Both the position numbers and the translations under genes were made by a program. From an uncultured bacterium (GTDB lineage Bacteria; Patescibacteriota; Minisyncoccia; Phycocordibacterales; PALSA-1337): a DNA stretch of 47,260 bases. Below are positions 1 through 9,086 of the stretch, piece after piece; positions within the stretch are counted from its first letter, which is position 1; the number at the start of each line of letters is the position of its first letter. The DNA is taken from NCBI GenBank assembly GCA_903864905.1, contig CAIPHR010000052.1:1-47260 (forward strand). Reading direction: 5' to 3'. Under the pieces are notes generated by a model. It saw nothing but the letters and a program-made list of their open reading frames with translations, had not been told where the DNA came from and ran no database searches.

Positions 1-84
1 GATTCTTTCCCTACGGGAACAGATTCTTTCCCTACGGGAACAGATTCTTTCCCTACGGGAACAGATTCTTTCCCTACGGGAACG
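1..84. repeat. Four head-to-tail copies of the 21-bp unit GATTCTTTCCCTACGGGAACA; array truncated by the window edge
   Basis: Read directly: units at 1-21, 22-42, 43-63, 64-84. Only the last base of copy 4 differs (G). Each unit contains the hairpin TTCCC-TAC-GGGAA. There are no spacers. Confidence 0.95.
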
Positions 85-210
85 GTACAGGTTTCGTATT
101 TTCTCGGGTTTCACCCTCGAAAATATACTCAACCTTTTCTCATCCCTCACGCAAGGCGCGCAGGCGCCTTGCTCGGGGAATACCATTTATCTATTTTAAC
201 TAAACTTTTG

Positions 211-282
211 TGCCCCCGGAGGGATTCGAACCCCCAACGACTGTTCCGAAGACAGTAATGATATCCATTTCACCACGAGGGC
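211..282 (-). tRNA. tRNA-Arg (anticodon UCG), no encoded 3' CCA
   Basis: The reverse complement folds as a 72-nt cloverleaf. Acceptor GCCCTCG/CGGGGGC; D stem GTGA/TCAT with a GG loop; anticodon stem ACTGT/ACAGT with loop CTTCGGA (anticodon TCG); T arm GGGGG-TTCGAAT-CCCTC; discriminator A. Confidence 0.9.
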
Positions 283-350
283 ATAAACACCGGAACCAAC
301 AAATAATAGCGCATCTTGGATAAAATCCCAAATTATTGTAGAATAATGTA

Positions 351-1838
351 ATGAATCAGGTAAAAAATAACACAATTCCAAATGAAGTCATCAACGTAGT
401 AGAAACTCTGGAAAAGGCCGGTTTTCAGGCATTTTTGGTTGGCGGTTGTGTTCGTGACCTGTTTTTGGGCAAAAAACCTAAGGATTGGGACATAACCACG
501 AATGCCAAGCCCGAACAAATCCAAGCATTATTTATAAAAACAGTATACGAGAATACTTATGGTACTGTTTGTGTAATAAATGAGATTACTGAGGACAAAT
601 CACTGAGAAATATTGAGGTTACGCCATATCGTCAAGAAATAGGGTATTCGGATAGGAGACACCCAGATGAAATCAAATTTAGCGACAAGATCGAAGATGA
701 TCTCATGAGACGAGACTTTACGATCAATGCTATGGCAGTTTCTATTTCTAATGGTGCCATAAAGGACATAGTTGACCTATACGGTGGTTTTGCTGACATA
801 AAAGCCAAATCTATCAAGACCGTTGGTGCTCCACGTGACCGCTTCAACGAAGATGCTTTACGCATGATGCGTGCAATCAGGCTTGCTGTTGAACTTGGTT
901 TCACGTGTAACAGAGATACTCTAAAGGCTATACAGAGCCAAAATTCTTTCATAAAAGGAGTCTCGGCCGAGCGAGTTCGCGATGAATTCACCAAGATAAT
1001 CATGTCTGACGATCCTATGAAGGGTATCGAACTATTAAAACATGCCGGCTTATTGCAGTATATAGTTCCAGAACTTGAACAAGGAATCGGTGTTGAACAG
1101 CCTCAAGCACACACATTCGACGTTTGGAATCACTTATTGAGAAGCTTACAGCATGCTGCAGATCGAAAATGGCCACTAGAAATTCGTCTAGCAGCTCTAT
1201 TTCATGATGTTTCTAAACCTCAAACCAAAGGATTTTCACATGAAACGAGACAACCAACGTTTTACGGACATGAAGTTGTTGGTTCACGTGAAACACGTAA
1301 GATACTTGAAAGAATGAAGTTTTCACGTGTAACAACCGAAAAAGTGACCAAACTAGTACGTTGGCATATGTTTTTTGCTGATACTGAGACTATAAGCCTA
1401 TCAGCAGTTAGAAGGATGATTGTAAATGTTGGTCGTGAAAACATATGGGACTTGATGAATCTGAGAGCGTGCGATCGTATCGGGACAGGAAGACCAAAGG
1501 AAAATCCATTTAGGCTGAGAAAATACAAATCTATGATAGAAGAGGCTCTAATGGATCCTGTATCTGTAACAATGCTCAAAATCGATGGAAAAATATTGAT
1601 GGAAACACTTTCGATTAATCCAGGGCCTAAAATAGGTATGATTTTGAATGCATTATTAGAAGAAGTTCTGGATGATCCAAAACTCAATACGGAAAACTAC
1701 CTCACAAAAAGGGCACAAGAAATGAATTTACTAAATGATAAGGAGTTAAAAAGCCTAGCTGAGAAGGGAAAAGAGAGAAAAGGTCAAGAAGAAGAAAAAC
1801 TAATAGGAGAAATACGTAACAAACACCACGTGAACTAA
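351..1838 (+). CDS. cca: CCA-adding enzyme / tRNA nucleotidyltransferase with C-terminal HD-type domain
   Basis: 495-aa ORF with nucleotidyltransferase motifs GGCVRDLFLGKKPKDWDITT and RRDFTINAMA, plus a later LAALFHDVSKP...GHE HD-like region. TAGAAT box at 339-344, 6 nt before the ATG. Confidence 0.9.
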   Translation: MNQVKNNTIPNEVINVVETLEKAGFQAFLVGGCVRDLFLGKKPKDWDITTNAKPEQIQALFIKTVYENTYGTVCVINEITEDKSLRNIEVTPYRQEIGYSDRRHPDEIKFSDKIEDDLMRRDFTINAMAVSISNGAIKDIVDLYGGFADIKAKSIKTVGAPRDRFNEDALRMMRAIRLAVELGFTCNRDTLKAIQSQNSFIKGVSAERVRDEFTKIIMSDDPMKGIELLKHAGLLQYIVPELEQGIGVEQPQAHTFDVWNHLLRSLQHAADRKWPLEIRLAALFHDVSKPQTKGFSHETRQPTFYGHEVVGSRETRKILERMKFSRVTTEKVTKLVRWHMFFADTETISLSAVRRMIVNVGRENIWDLMNLRACDRIGTGRPKENPFRLRKYKSMIEEALMDPVSVTMLKIDGKILMETLSINPGPKIGMILNALLEEVLDDPKLNTENYLTKRAQEMNLLNDKELKSLAEKGKERKGQEEEKLIGEIRNKHHVN

Positions 1839-1859
1839 CATTTGTCTTTTATAACTGAG

Positions 1860-1868
1860 TTATCCACA
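1860..1868 (+). promoter_or_regulatory. Perfect DnaA box TTATCCACA (decamer TTATCCACAG)
   Basis: Exact consensus 9-mer read directly, 22 nt after the cca stop codon. Confidence 0.6.
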
Positions 1869-1964
1869 GTATTGTCCTTTACAGTTATTTCTAAAGGACA
1901 TACAATGATACCAGATCAGTTTGTTATCCGAGGTTCCCGATATAGATCGGGATAAACAAAAAAT

Positions 1965-2028
1965 GTTCTTTCAAAAAATAGGTAGGCTTCACACACTAGT
2001 TATACGAAGCCGCAAAGAACTTTTTTTT
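1965..2028 (+). terminator. Intrinsic-terminator-like nested hairpin with T8 tail (A-run on the 5' side, so potentially bidirectional)
   Basis: GTTCTTT (1965-1971) pairs with AAAGAAC (2014-2020). GGCTTC (1985-1990) pairs with GAAGCC (2006-2011). Followed by TTTTTTTT at 2021-2028. Confidence 0.5.
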
Positions 2029-2317
2029 CATCGCTCTGTTGCTTGGGAAAATTGTTAGTGTATCTTCTCACAAATTTGAAAAAAGCTTCCCAACGGGAAA
2101 GCATACATTAATTGAGAACGCACACCGACACCTAATAGGAATGGTCCTGATGATATTGATTCCGCAATTTGGAATCAACTGAGACTGTGGGTCTCTTGCT
2201 CTTTCGTTCTTTGCAAAGCTTCACAGTAGGCCGCGTTTTGCACAACCATTTTCTAGGTTCGCAATCGCGGCCTTTTCTATATACAAAAAGTTATTCTTAT
2301 AAAAAACTTTTGGGAAA

Positions 2318-3112
2318 TTATTTTAATATTATTTCAATAGGGCAATGATCAGAGCCCATGATAGTCTCCAATATTTTCGTCTTTTCAATATGTTTCAAAA
2401 CATCGCTAGAAACAAAGAAATAATCCAACCTCCACCCAACATTACGATCTCGAGCAAATGTTTTCATATCCCAATAAGTATATTTATCCTTCAATTCAGG
2501 ATTAAAATGTCGAAAAACATCAGTAAATCCAGCTTTTACAACACCGTCTATCCATGCGCGTTCTATAGGTAGAAAACCGGTATTTCCTGCATTCTCTTTT
2601 GGTCTAGCCAAATCTATCTCTGCATGGGCCGTATTAACATCACCACAGAAAATTACTTGGTAACCATTTTCCTTCAATTTATTAATATAATTCAAAAAAT
2701 GCTCATAATATTTCAATTTGAAAGCAAGACGCTCAGGACTACCACCACCATTTGGAAAATATATCGTCATTAATGCTGTTTTTCCTAGGCCATTAATCAA
2801 ATTACCGGCAGCAAAAAATAGACAAATGAAACGACCCTCTTGATCAAGATCATCTTTACCCAGGGCAAATTCAACTTTCTCTGGCTTTATTTTTGAATAA
2901 ATAGCTACACCACTATATCCCTTTCGACCCTTCGAGTGGTCAAAATATGAATAATAACCAACTGGATTTCTAATACCTTGTTCAAGTTGTTCTGCCTCTG
3001 CCTTGACCTCTTGTAAACAAAAAATATCTATTTCCCCATTTATTAACCAATCAAAACCACCCTTTTTCACATTTGCTCGTAACCCATTTACATTCCATGA
3101 AATTATTTTCAT
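2318..3112 (-). CDS. xth: Exodeoxyribonuclease III / AP endonuclease
   Basis: 264-aa ORF of the ExoIII family: MKIISWNVNGLRA start, LQEVK, GDVNTAH, C-terminal SDHCPI. TGcTATTAT box on the minus strand at 3127-3119, 6 nt before the ATG. Confidence 0.9.
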   Translation of the reverse strand: MKIISWNVNGLRANVKKGGFDWLINGEIDIFCLQEVKAEAEQLEQGIRNPVGYYSYFDHSKGRKGYSGVAIYSKIKPEKVEFALGKDDLDQEGRFICLFFAAGNLINGLGKTALMTIYFPNGGGSPERLAFKLKYYEHFLNYINKLKENGYQVIFCGDVNTAHAEIDLARPKENAGNTGFLPIERAWIDGVVKAGFTDVFRHFNPELKDKYTYWDMKTFARDRNVGWRLDYFFVSSDVLKHIEKTKILETIMGSDHCPIEIILK

Positions 3113-3138
3113 ATATCAATAATAGCAGAATATATGGA

Positions 3139-4062
3139 TTATTTCTTATTATGAAACTGTTTATGAACCCTCTTCAATTCACTATCAGTAACATGAGTAT
3201 ATATTTGTGTAGTTCCAATATTGGCATGCCCCAAAAGCATTTGAACTGAACGTAGATCAGCGCCGTTTCTTAACAGATCCGTTGCAAACATATGCCGCAT
3301 AACGTGTGGAGTAACTTTCTTAGATATTCCAGCTTTTATGGCATATTTTTTAACAATTCTTTCGATTGATCTCCTAGTAAGACCATTTTCACCCTTGATT
3401 CCTCGCATTTCACTACCAGGAACACGTACAAACATCGCATCATCCACATCTGTTCTTTTATCCAAATACTTTTTTACCGCATCTTTTGCTTCAATAGAAA
3501 GAAATACCACACGTGTTTTGTCACCCTTACCGCGAACAGAGAATTCATCCGAAGAAAGGTCTAGATCACATGATAGGGAAGCTAGCTCAGAAACACGCAA
3601 TCCTGTAGAAAATAAAAGCTGTAAAATGGCTCTATCACGCAAAACCTGTATGTCATTACCTTGTGGGGCCTTCAATAGTCGCTCCAATTCACCAGTAGTT
3701 ATGAGGTCAAGCGACCGATCACCAACTTTTGCAAGCTCAATCTGCTCTGGAGCTAGTGATCTCACACCTTTCTTGGCTAGAAACTTGAGAAATGCTCTGA
3801 GTGCAATCAAATAATAGTTTTGAGTTTTCTTTTTCAAAGTATCACCAGTTGCTCGTATATTACCCGTAGATTGGCGATTTAACCACAATCTAAACTCTCT
3901 CACCATCTCAGATGTGATATCTCGAGCATCCTTGACTTTCGTATGACCTATAAATCTTCTCAAATACCTATCATAATTCTCGACAGTCTTCACTCCACGG
4001 CCTTTTTCAATCTCAATATATTCGAGAAATTGCTGTTTCATTTCATTAATATTGTGCGACAT
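3139..4062 (-). CDS. Xer-type site-specific tyrosine recombinase (XerC/XerD family)
   Basis: 307-aa ORF with an N-terminal core-binding (SAM-like) domain and catalytic-region motifs TPHVMRHMFATDLL and LLGHANIGTTQIYTHV. Confidence 0.85.
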   Translation of the reverse strand: MSHNINEMKQQFLEYIEIEKGRGVKTVENYDRYLRRFIGHTKVKDARDITSEMVREFRLWLNRQSTGNIRATGDTLKKKTQNYYLIALRAFLKFLAKKGVRSLAPEQIELAKVGDRSLDLITTGELERLLKAPQGNDIQVLRDRAILQLLFSTGLRVSELASLSCDLDLSSDEFSVRGKGDKTRVVFLSIEAKDAVKKYLDKRTDVDDAMFVRVPGSEMRGIKGENGLTRRSIERIVKKYAIKAGISKKVTPHVMRHMFATDLLRNGADLRSVQMLLGHANIGTTQIYTHVTDSELKRVHKQFHNKK

Positions 4063-4158
4063 GGAGATATTGTAGCACTTTGAACCTATTTATGTGAATT
4101 GATGCAAAATTGATGCGAAATCTTGCATCAACCATTTATTCATGCTAATATCATTTCT

Positions 4159-4425
4159 ATGTTAACAACACGACAAAAAGTCAAAATTATCAAGGACTCA
4201 GGTGTTCATGATAAAGATACCGGCTCTCCAGAAGTCCAAGTAGCTCTATTAACCAAGAGAATTGACGAACTTACGGGACATTTAAAAAAACACCGCAAGG
4301 ATCACCACTCAAGACGCGGTCTTCTAGGCATGGTTGCTGACCGTCAGACACACCTAGTTTATCTAAAAAAGAATTATCCTCGAAGATACTCCGGCATCAT
4401 AAAGAAGTTGGATCTAAAGAAATAA
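4159..4425 (+). CDS. rpsO: 30S ribosomal protein S15
   Basis: S15 signature [37 protein letters not shown]. The track ORF starts at 4123, but ATG 4159 gives the normal ~88 aa and lies 7 nt after TGcTAATAT (4143-4151). Confidence 0.9.
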   Translation: MLTTRQKVKIIKDSGVHDKDTGSPEVQVALLTKRIDELTGHLKKHRKDHHSRRGLLGMVADRQTHLVYLKKNYPRRYSGIIKKLDLKK

Positions 4426-4594
4426 TTGGTATTTCACCAATTCTAGTATAGAATTACTGACAAAGGTCGGAATATTTTTTATACTTATTTTATTAAACAG
4501 TTGTATCATATCATTTTTATAAATTAATTCGAAAATTTGTAAGATTTACCATCAATCAAAATCGAGGACAAGCTTAAAATTTTAAATATAATCT

Positions 4595-5122
4595 ATGTCA
4601 ATCATAAAACACAAGGAACAGCGCGTTGGTATATTTATAGACGCACAAAATCTCTATCACAGTGCAAAAAATCTTTACCATTCAAAGGTCAATTTTGGCC
4701 AGATAGTCAAGGATTCTCTCGACGGACGCAAGCTAGTACGTGCTGTTGCATACGTTATAGCGACAGAATCAGGTGAAGAAAATGCTTTTTTTGATGCACT
4801 AACAAAGATGGGAATAGAAACGAAGGTAAAAGATTTGCAGGTTTTTAGCTCTGGGGCAAAAAAGGCTGACTGGGATGTGGGACTCGCTATAGATGCAGTA
4901 AAATTATCCCCGAAACTCGACGCTGTAATCCTTTTAACAGGTGACGGTGATTTCGTGCCACTAGTTGAATACCTACAAATGAACCAAGGTTGTCAGGTTG
5001 AAGTTGCTTCATTCGGCAAATCTACGTCCGCGAAACTCATCGAAGCTACAGATCACTTCATGGATCTCGACGAAACTCCAAACAAATACCTCATACGAGG
5101 TGGAGGCGGAGGGAAGAAATAG
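4595..5122 (+). CDS. NYN-domain (LabA/DUF88-like) protein, predicted ribonuclease fold
   Basis: 175-aa ORF with the pattern VGIFIDAQNLY ... VILLTGDGDFVPLV typical of LabA-like NYN domains. Confidence 0.7.
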   Translation: MSIIKHKEQRVGIFIDAQNLYHSAKNLYHSKVNFGQIVKDSLDGRKLVRAVAYVIATESGEENAFFDALTKMGIETKVKDLQVFSSGAKKADWDVGLAIDAVKLSPKLDAVILLTGDGDFVPLVEYLQMNQGCQVEVASFGKSTSAKLIEATDHFMDLDETPNKYLIRGGGGGKK

Positions 5123-5337
5123 CATTTTTTGAGTATTTCTGATAGATTAAATATGTTCGGCTCTGCTTTGCAAATGCTTTGTTGAGCGATAAGTTCATTA
5201 TCAATTTATTAATTCGCCTCCAGATAGACAGGTTTGAATATTTTGCGACGAAAATACAATCGCGAAATCATTTCAAAGCTGAAATCTAGGGGCGAACTGG
5301 TGCGCCGAGGTCTCACCTCGACCCACTAAACAACTTT

Positions 5338-7500
5338 ATGAATAAAAAACAATACTCACTCGAAGTCGGCGGTAAGATATTATCTGCTGAATTCAACGAT
5401 CTCGCCGACCAAACAAATGGGTCGGTCATCTTGAGATACGGCGGCGCCACCATATTAGCAACAGCAGTTATGGGAGACCTGAAAGACGGAGACTTTTTCC
5501 CATTAACGGTAGATTTCGAAGAGAGATTCTACGCAACAGGCAGGATATTGGGATCTAGATTCATGCGCAGGGAAGGGAGACCATCTACTGAGGCTATACT
5601 CTCCGGCCGCATAGTTGATCGTACGATTCGTCCATTATTCAATCAGAAGATGCGCAATGAAGTACAAGTGATCATCACAACACTATCTATCGGACAGGAA
5701 GATCCTGATGCAGTCTCTGTCATCGCCGCATCATTGGCACTCGGCGTTTCTGATATACCATGGAATGGCCCAGCATCAGCCGTGAGAGTTGCCAAGAACA
5801 GTGAGTGGCTCATCAACCCTGAGTACAAAACCAGAGAAGAGGTCGCTCTCAGTCTAGATATGATCGCTTGCGGTAAAGACGGCATGATCAACATGATCGA
5901 GGTAGCTAGCAAGGAAGTTTCTGAGGGTACAGTGAATGAGGGCCTGACACTAGCATCAGCAGAGATAGAGAAGATACAAGCATGGCAAATCAAGATCGTG
6001 AGTGAGATCGGCAAAGAAAAGACTATCGTTGCTATCAAAGAGCCGACTCCTGGCACGAAGGACCTATTTGATCACGAGATTGCTCCAAAATTTGACAAAT
6101 ACATATTCAGTAATGTTCCTGGGCATTCCAAGATCAATGAGATCAATAGTGAATGGAAAAAGTTATTTACAGAAAAGATGCCAGAGGGTGATACTGTGAT
6201 GGCACAGGAAGTATTCGAAGAAGCCGTCAATGATCTCCTCCACGATGGAGCTATAGATGAGAACAAGCGTGCGGATGGCAGAACTATGGATGATGTTCGT
6301 CCGCTTTTCGCCCAAGCAGGTGGTATTTCACCTATCCTTCATGGATCTGGAATATTCTATAGAGGTGGCACACATGTGATGTCGACTCTGACGTTGGGAT
6401 CGCCTGGCGATGCATTGGTCATCGAAGGACTGAACGTCACAGAAAACAAGAGATTCATGCATCATTATAACTTCCCACCATTTTCAAGTGGTGAGACAGG
6501 TCGTGTCGGTAATACCAATCGCCGCATGATCGGTCACGGGGCTCTAGCCGAGAAGGCCTTGCTCCCGGTTATTCCAGAAAAAGATAAGTTCCCATACACG
6601 ATCCGTCTCGTATCTGAAGCCTTTGCTTCGAACGGTTCAACCTCTATGGGGTCAGTTTGCGGTTCAACTATCGCACTTATGGATGGTGGTGTCCCTATAA
6701 AAGCACCAGTAGCTGGTATAGCATCAGGACTAATGATGAGAAAAGTAAGAAATTCAAAGACTGGTGCCGAGCTTGAATACAAAGTATTAACAGACATTCA
6801 AGGACCAGAAGATCATCATGGTGATATGGACTTCAAAGTCGCAGGTACAAGAAACGGTATAACAGCTGTTCAAATGGACGTAAAAGTTGGGGGTATTCCT
6901 TTGAAAATACTTAGTGAAGCGTTCGTGAAAGCGCAGTCAGCACGATACCGTATACTAGATGTGATCGAAAAAGAGATAGCAAAGCCTCGAGCAAAGATAT
7001 CACAAAACGCTCCTGAGATAATAGTCATGAAGATCAAACCAGAACAAATAGGTTTGGTGATAGGTTCAGGTGGGAAGACTATAAATGAGATCCGCGATAT
7101 TACACACGTCGAAGATATCACCATAGAAGATGATGGATCAATATTCATCACTGGCAAAAATGAAACTGCACAAAAAGCAAAGGAAATCATATACGGAATG
7201 ACACGAGAGTATATGCCTGGTGAAAAGTTCGACGGTGAAGTGACTAGGCTCATGGATTTTGGTGCATTCGTAAAGATTGGAGACAATGCAGAAGGATTGG
7301 TACACGTTTCTGAAATAGCGCCATTTCGAGTAGAAAGAGTAACAACATATCTAAAAGAAGGGGATAAGATCCCTGTAATCGTGAAAGAAGTAGATGATAA
7401 GGGTAGAATTAACCTATCGATCAAAGGTGCAAATCCTGACTTCTTCACAAAAAGAGAAGAAGTTCCACTGGCAAAAAAGCCATTTACAAAGAGATTCTAA
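5338..7500 (+). CDS. pnp: Polynucleotide phosphorylase
   Basis: 720-aa ORF with two RNase PH-like domains, a KH region (IGLVIGSGGKTINEI) and an S1 region (GEKFDGEVTRLMDFGAFVKI...GLVHVSE). Classical position after rpsO. Confidence 0.95.
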   Translation: MNKKQYSLEVGGKILSAEFNDLADQTNGSVILRYGGATILATAVMGDLKDGDFFPLTVDFEERFYATGRILGSRFMRREGRPSTEAILSGRIVDRTIRPLFNQKMRNEVQVIITTLSIGQEDPDAVSVIAASLALGVSDIPWNGPASAVRVAKNSEWLINPEYKTREEVALSLDMIACGKDGMINMIEVASKEVSEGTVNEGLTLASAEIEKIQAWQIKIVSEIGKEKTIVAIKEPTPGTKDLFDHEIAPKFDKYIFSNVPGHSKINEINSEWKKLFTEKMPEGDTVMAQEVFEEAVNDLLHDGAIDENKRADGRTMDDVRPLFAQAGGISPILHGSGIFYRGGTHVMSTLTLGSPGDALVIEGLNVTENKRFMHHYNFPPFSSGETGRVGNTNRRMIGHGALAEKALLPVIPEKDKFPYTIRLVSEAFASNGSTSMGSVCGSTIALMDGGVPIKAPVAGIASGLMMRKVRNSKTGAELEYKVLTDIQGPEDHHGDMDFKVAGTRNGITAVQMDVKVGGIPLKILSEAFVKAQSARYRILDVIEKEIAKPRAKISQNAPEIIVMKIKPEQIGLVIGSGGKTINEIRDITHVEDITIEDDGSIFITGKNETAQKAKEIIYGMTREYMPGEKFDGEVTRLMDFGAFVKIGDNAEGLVHVSEIAPFRVERVTTYLKEGDKIPVIVKEVDDKGRINLSIKGANPDFFTKREEVPLAKKPFTKRF

Positions 7501-7517
7501 ACATTTCTCGAAAAAAA

Positions 7518-7547
7518 GCAGCATATCATATTATGCTGCTTTTTTTG
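7518..7547 (+). terminator. Rho-independent terminator after pnp (A-run upstream, so bidirectional shape)
   Basis: AGCAGCATA (7518-7526) pairs with TATGCTGCT (7532-7540), followed by T7 (7541-7547). Confidence 0.8.
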
Positions 7548-7569
7548 TCTCTGCTATAATGATGTCACA

Positions 7570-9075
7570 ATGGATGACAATATCATTTTAGAGCCATCAA
7601 CAAAATCTGCAACAGAAAATGAAACTCCAGTGACAAAAGGCGTAGACGCCAATACTGATCTGGATCCAGATTCAAAATATGTACCAGAACAAGTTTTTGA
7701 TATATCTTCTGATCTGAATATTTCACCAGTAAATGATGATCCGCCACTAGAAGCAAATTCTGCTTCTATAACTTTCAAGGCTGTAGCACCTGCAGCTATT
7801 TCAATAATAAAACCCGAACCTGTACCAGTACCAGGGCCAATGGTACAACCAATATCAACCACACCAGGTAGTATACAAGGTACAATACCTAACCCAGCAG
7901 TAGTGGTGTCAGAAGAAGTCAAAATAAAAACAATACCTCCTCAAATCAAGCCAGTTGAAAAAGAACCGGATGTAACTACTACAAACGTAGACAGTGAAGG
8001 CCATATTATTGAAGGGTTGAGAACATATGAAAGTGATGTAGCAAAATTGATATCAACAAGAGGTACATCTGCAGTCAATATGATCATGGCTGAAAAAAGA
8101 AAAGAGGCTGAAAAAGAAAAGGTAGTTATAAATACAAACCAACCAGTTTCTCATAAAAAAGAAATAATCATGTTTACTAGTGTTGCACTCATCCTTATAG
8201 GTCTAGCTGGAGCATATTACTTCTATAGTATTAGTCCTTTTGCAACAGTAACTCCTCCAGTTCAACAGTCCAAGGTAAACCCAATAGTTCCATCTGATTC
8301 ACAAATTACTATGAGTATAGACGGGCTCGATTCGAATAGAATTATTTCATCTATCCGAAATATTGTGCAACAAAAACACAATCCTGGAACAATTATTGAA
8401 ATAATTCCGTATACAACAGACTCAAATAACATAAAAAGTCGTGTGATCGCACAACAGATGATCAAAAATATGAAAATTCCTGCTCCAGATACTCTATCTA
8501 GATCACTTACCCCATCATGGATGCTCGGTGTATATACAGACAAAAATAATACAAAAAATGTTTTCGTCGTAATAACGAATAATTTCTTCCAGAATGCGTT
8601 TGCTGGCATGCTCTCATGGGAAAATGTTATGCCCGATGATTTCAAACAATATTTATTCTCTGTAACACCTCTCAGTTTATCCAATACCAAATCTCCAGAA
8701 AATATTACTCCTGCAAACAATATAAACTCTCTACAAAATATTGAGTCAATACTTTCAACAAGTACCCAATCTAGTACATCTACAGCTAGAAGAGCTCAAG
8801 CAACAACAACTCTCGCAACTACAACTATAGCGACTACAACTTCCTCTACAACTCCTATAGAAATACCAAAACCTGTTATCCCGTACTTTAGTCTGCGTGG
8901 CCAATTCCAGGACAAGATCGTTAGAAATAAAGATGTGCGAGAGTTTATATCAACCACAGGCACAACAGTTTTTCTGTACTCATTTATAGATAACAATCAC
9001 ACTGTTATAACAACCAATGAAGCTACGCTAGCCGAGATCCTAACTAGACTTGAAAGACAAGCTTATATAAGATAA
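7570..9075 (+). CDS. Hypothetical single-pass membrane protein (acidic/Pro-rich N-terminus, one TM, Thr-rich tract near C-terminus)
   Basis: 501-aa ORF with no competing ORF. TM IIMFTSVALILIGLAGAYYFYSI; TTTLATTTIATTTSSTT tract. TGcTATAAT at 7552-7560, 9 nt before the ATG. Confidence 0.6.
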   Translation: MDDNIILEPSTKSATENETPVTKGVDANTDLDPDSKYVPEQVFDISSDLNISPVNDDPPLEANSASITFKAVAPAAISIIKPEPVPVPGPMVQPISTTPGSIQGTIPNPAVVVSEEVKIKTIPPQIKPVEKEPDVTTTNVDSEGHIIEGLRTYESDVAKLISTRGTSAVNMIMAEKRKEAEKEKVVINTNQPVSHKKEIIMFTSVALILIGLAGAYYFYSISPFATVTPPVQQSKVNPIVPSDSQITMSIDGLDSNRIISSIRNIVQQKHNPGTIIEIIPYTTDSNNIKSRVIAQQMIKNMKIPAPDTLSRSLTPSWMLGVYTDKNNTKNVFVVITNNFFQNAFAGMLSWENVMPDDFKQYLFSVTPLSLSNTKSPENITPANNINSLQNIESILSTSTQSSTSTARRAQATTTLATTTIATTTSSTTPIEIPKPVIPYFSLRGQFQDKIVRNKDVREFISTTGTTVFLYSFIDNNHTVITTNEATLAEILTRLERQAYIR

Positions 9076-9086
9076 TATACAGCTAT

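Noticed and set aside
1-84. CRISPR array interpretation of the 21-bp repeats
   Set aside because: The repeats are directly abutting with no spacers, the unit is shorter than typical CRISPR repeats, and there are no cas genes in the window.
1-258. Frame-1 open reading frame running from the window edge through the repeats to TAA at 256-258
   Set aside because: It would run straight across the tRNA-Arg gene on the opposite strand. Most frames through the repeat unit are open anyway, and the GC-rich spacer has few stop-prone triplets. This is not enough evidence for a CDS, so it is kept only as a caveat in the repeat finding.
211-4062. Tyrosine recombinase plus tRNA-Arg as the signature of an integrated genomic island
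   Set aside because: The recombinase is a ~300-aa XerC/XerD-type protein. It is separated from the tRNA by housekeeping genes (cca, xth). I see no direct repeat of the tRNA 3' end.
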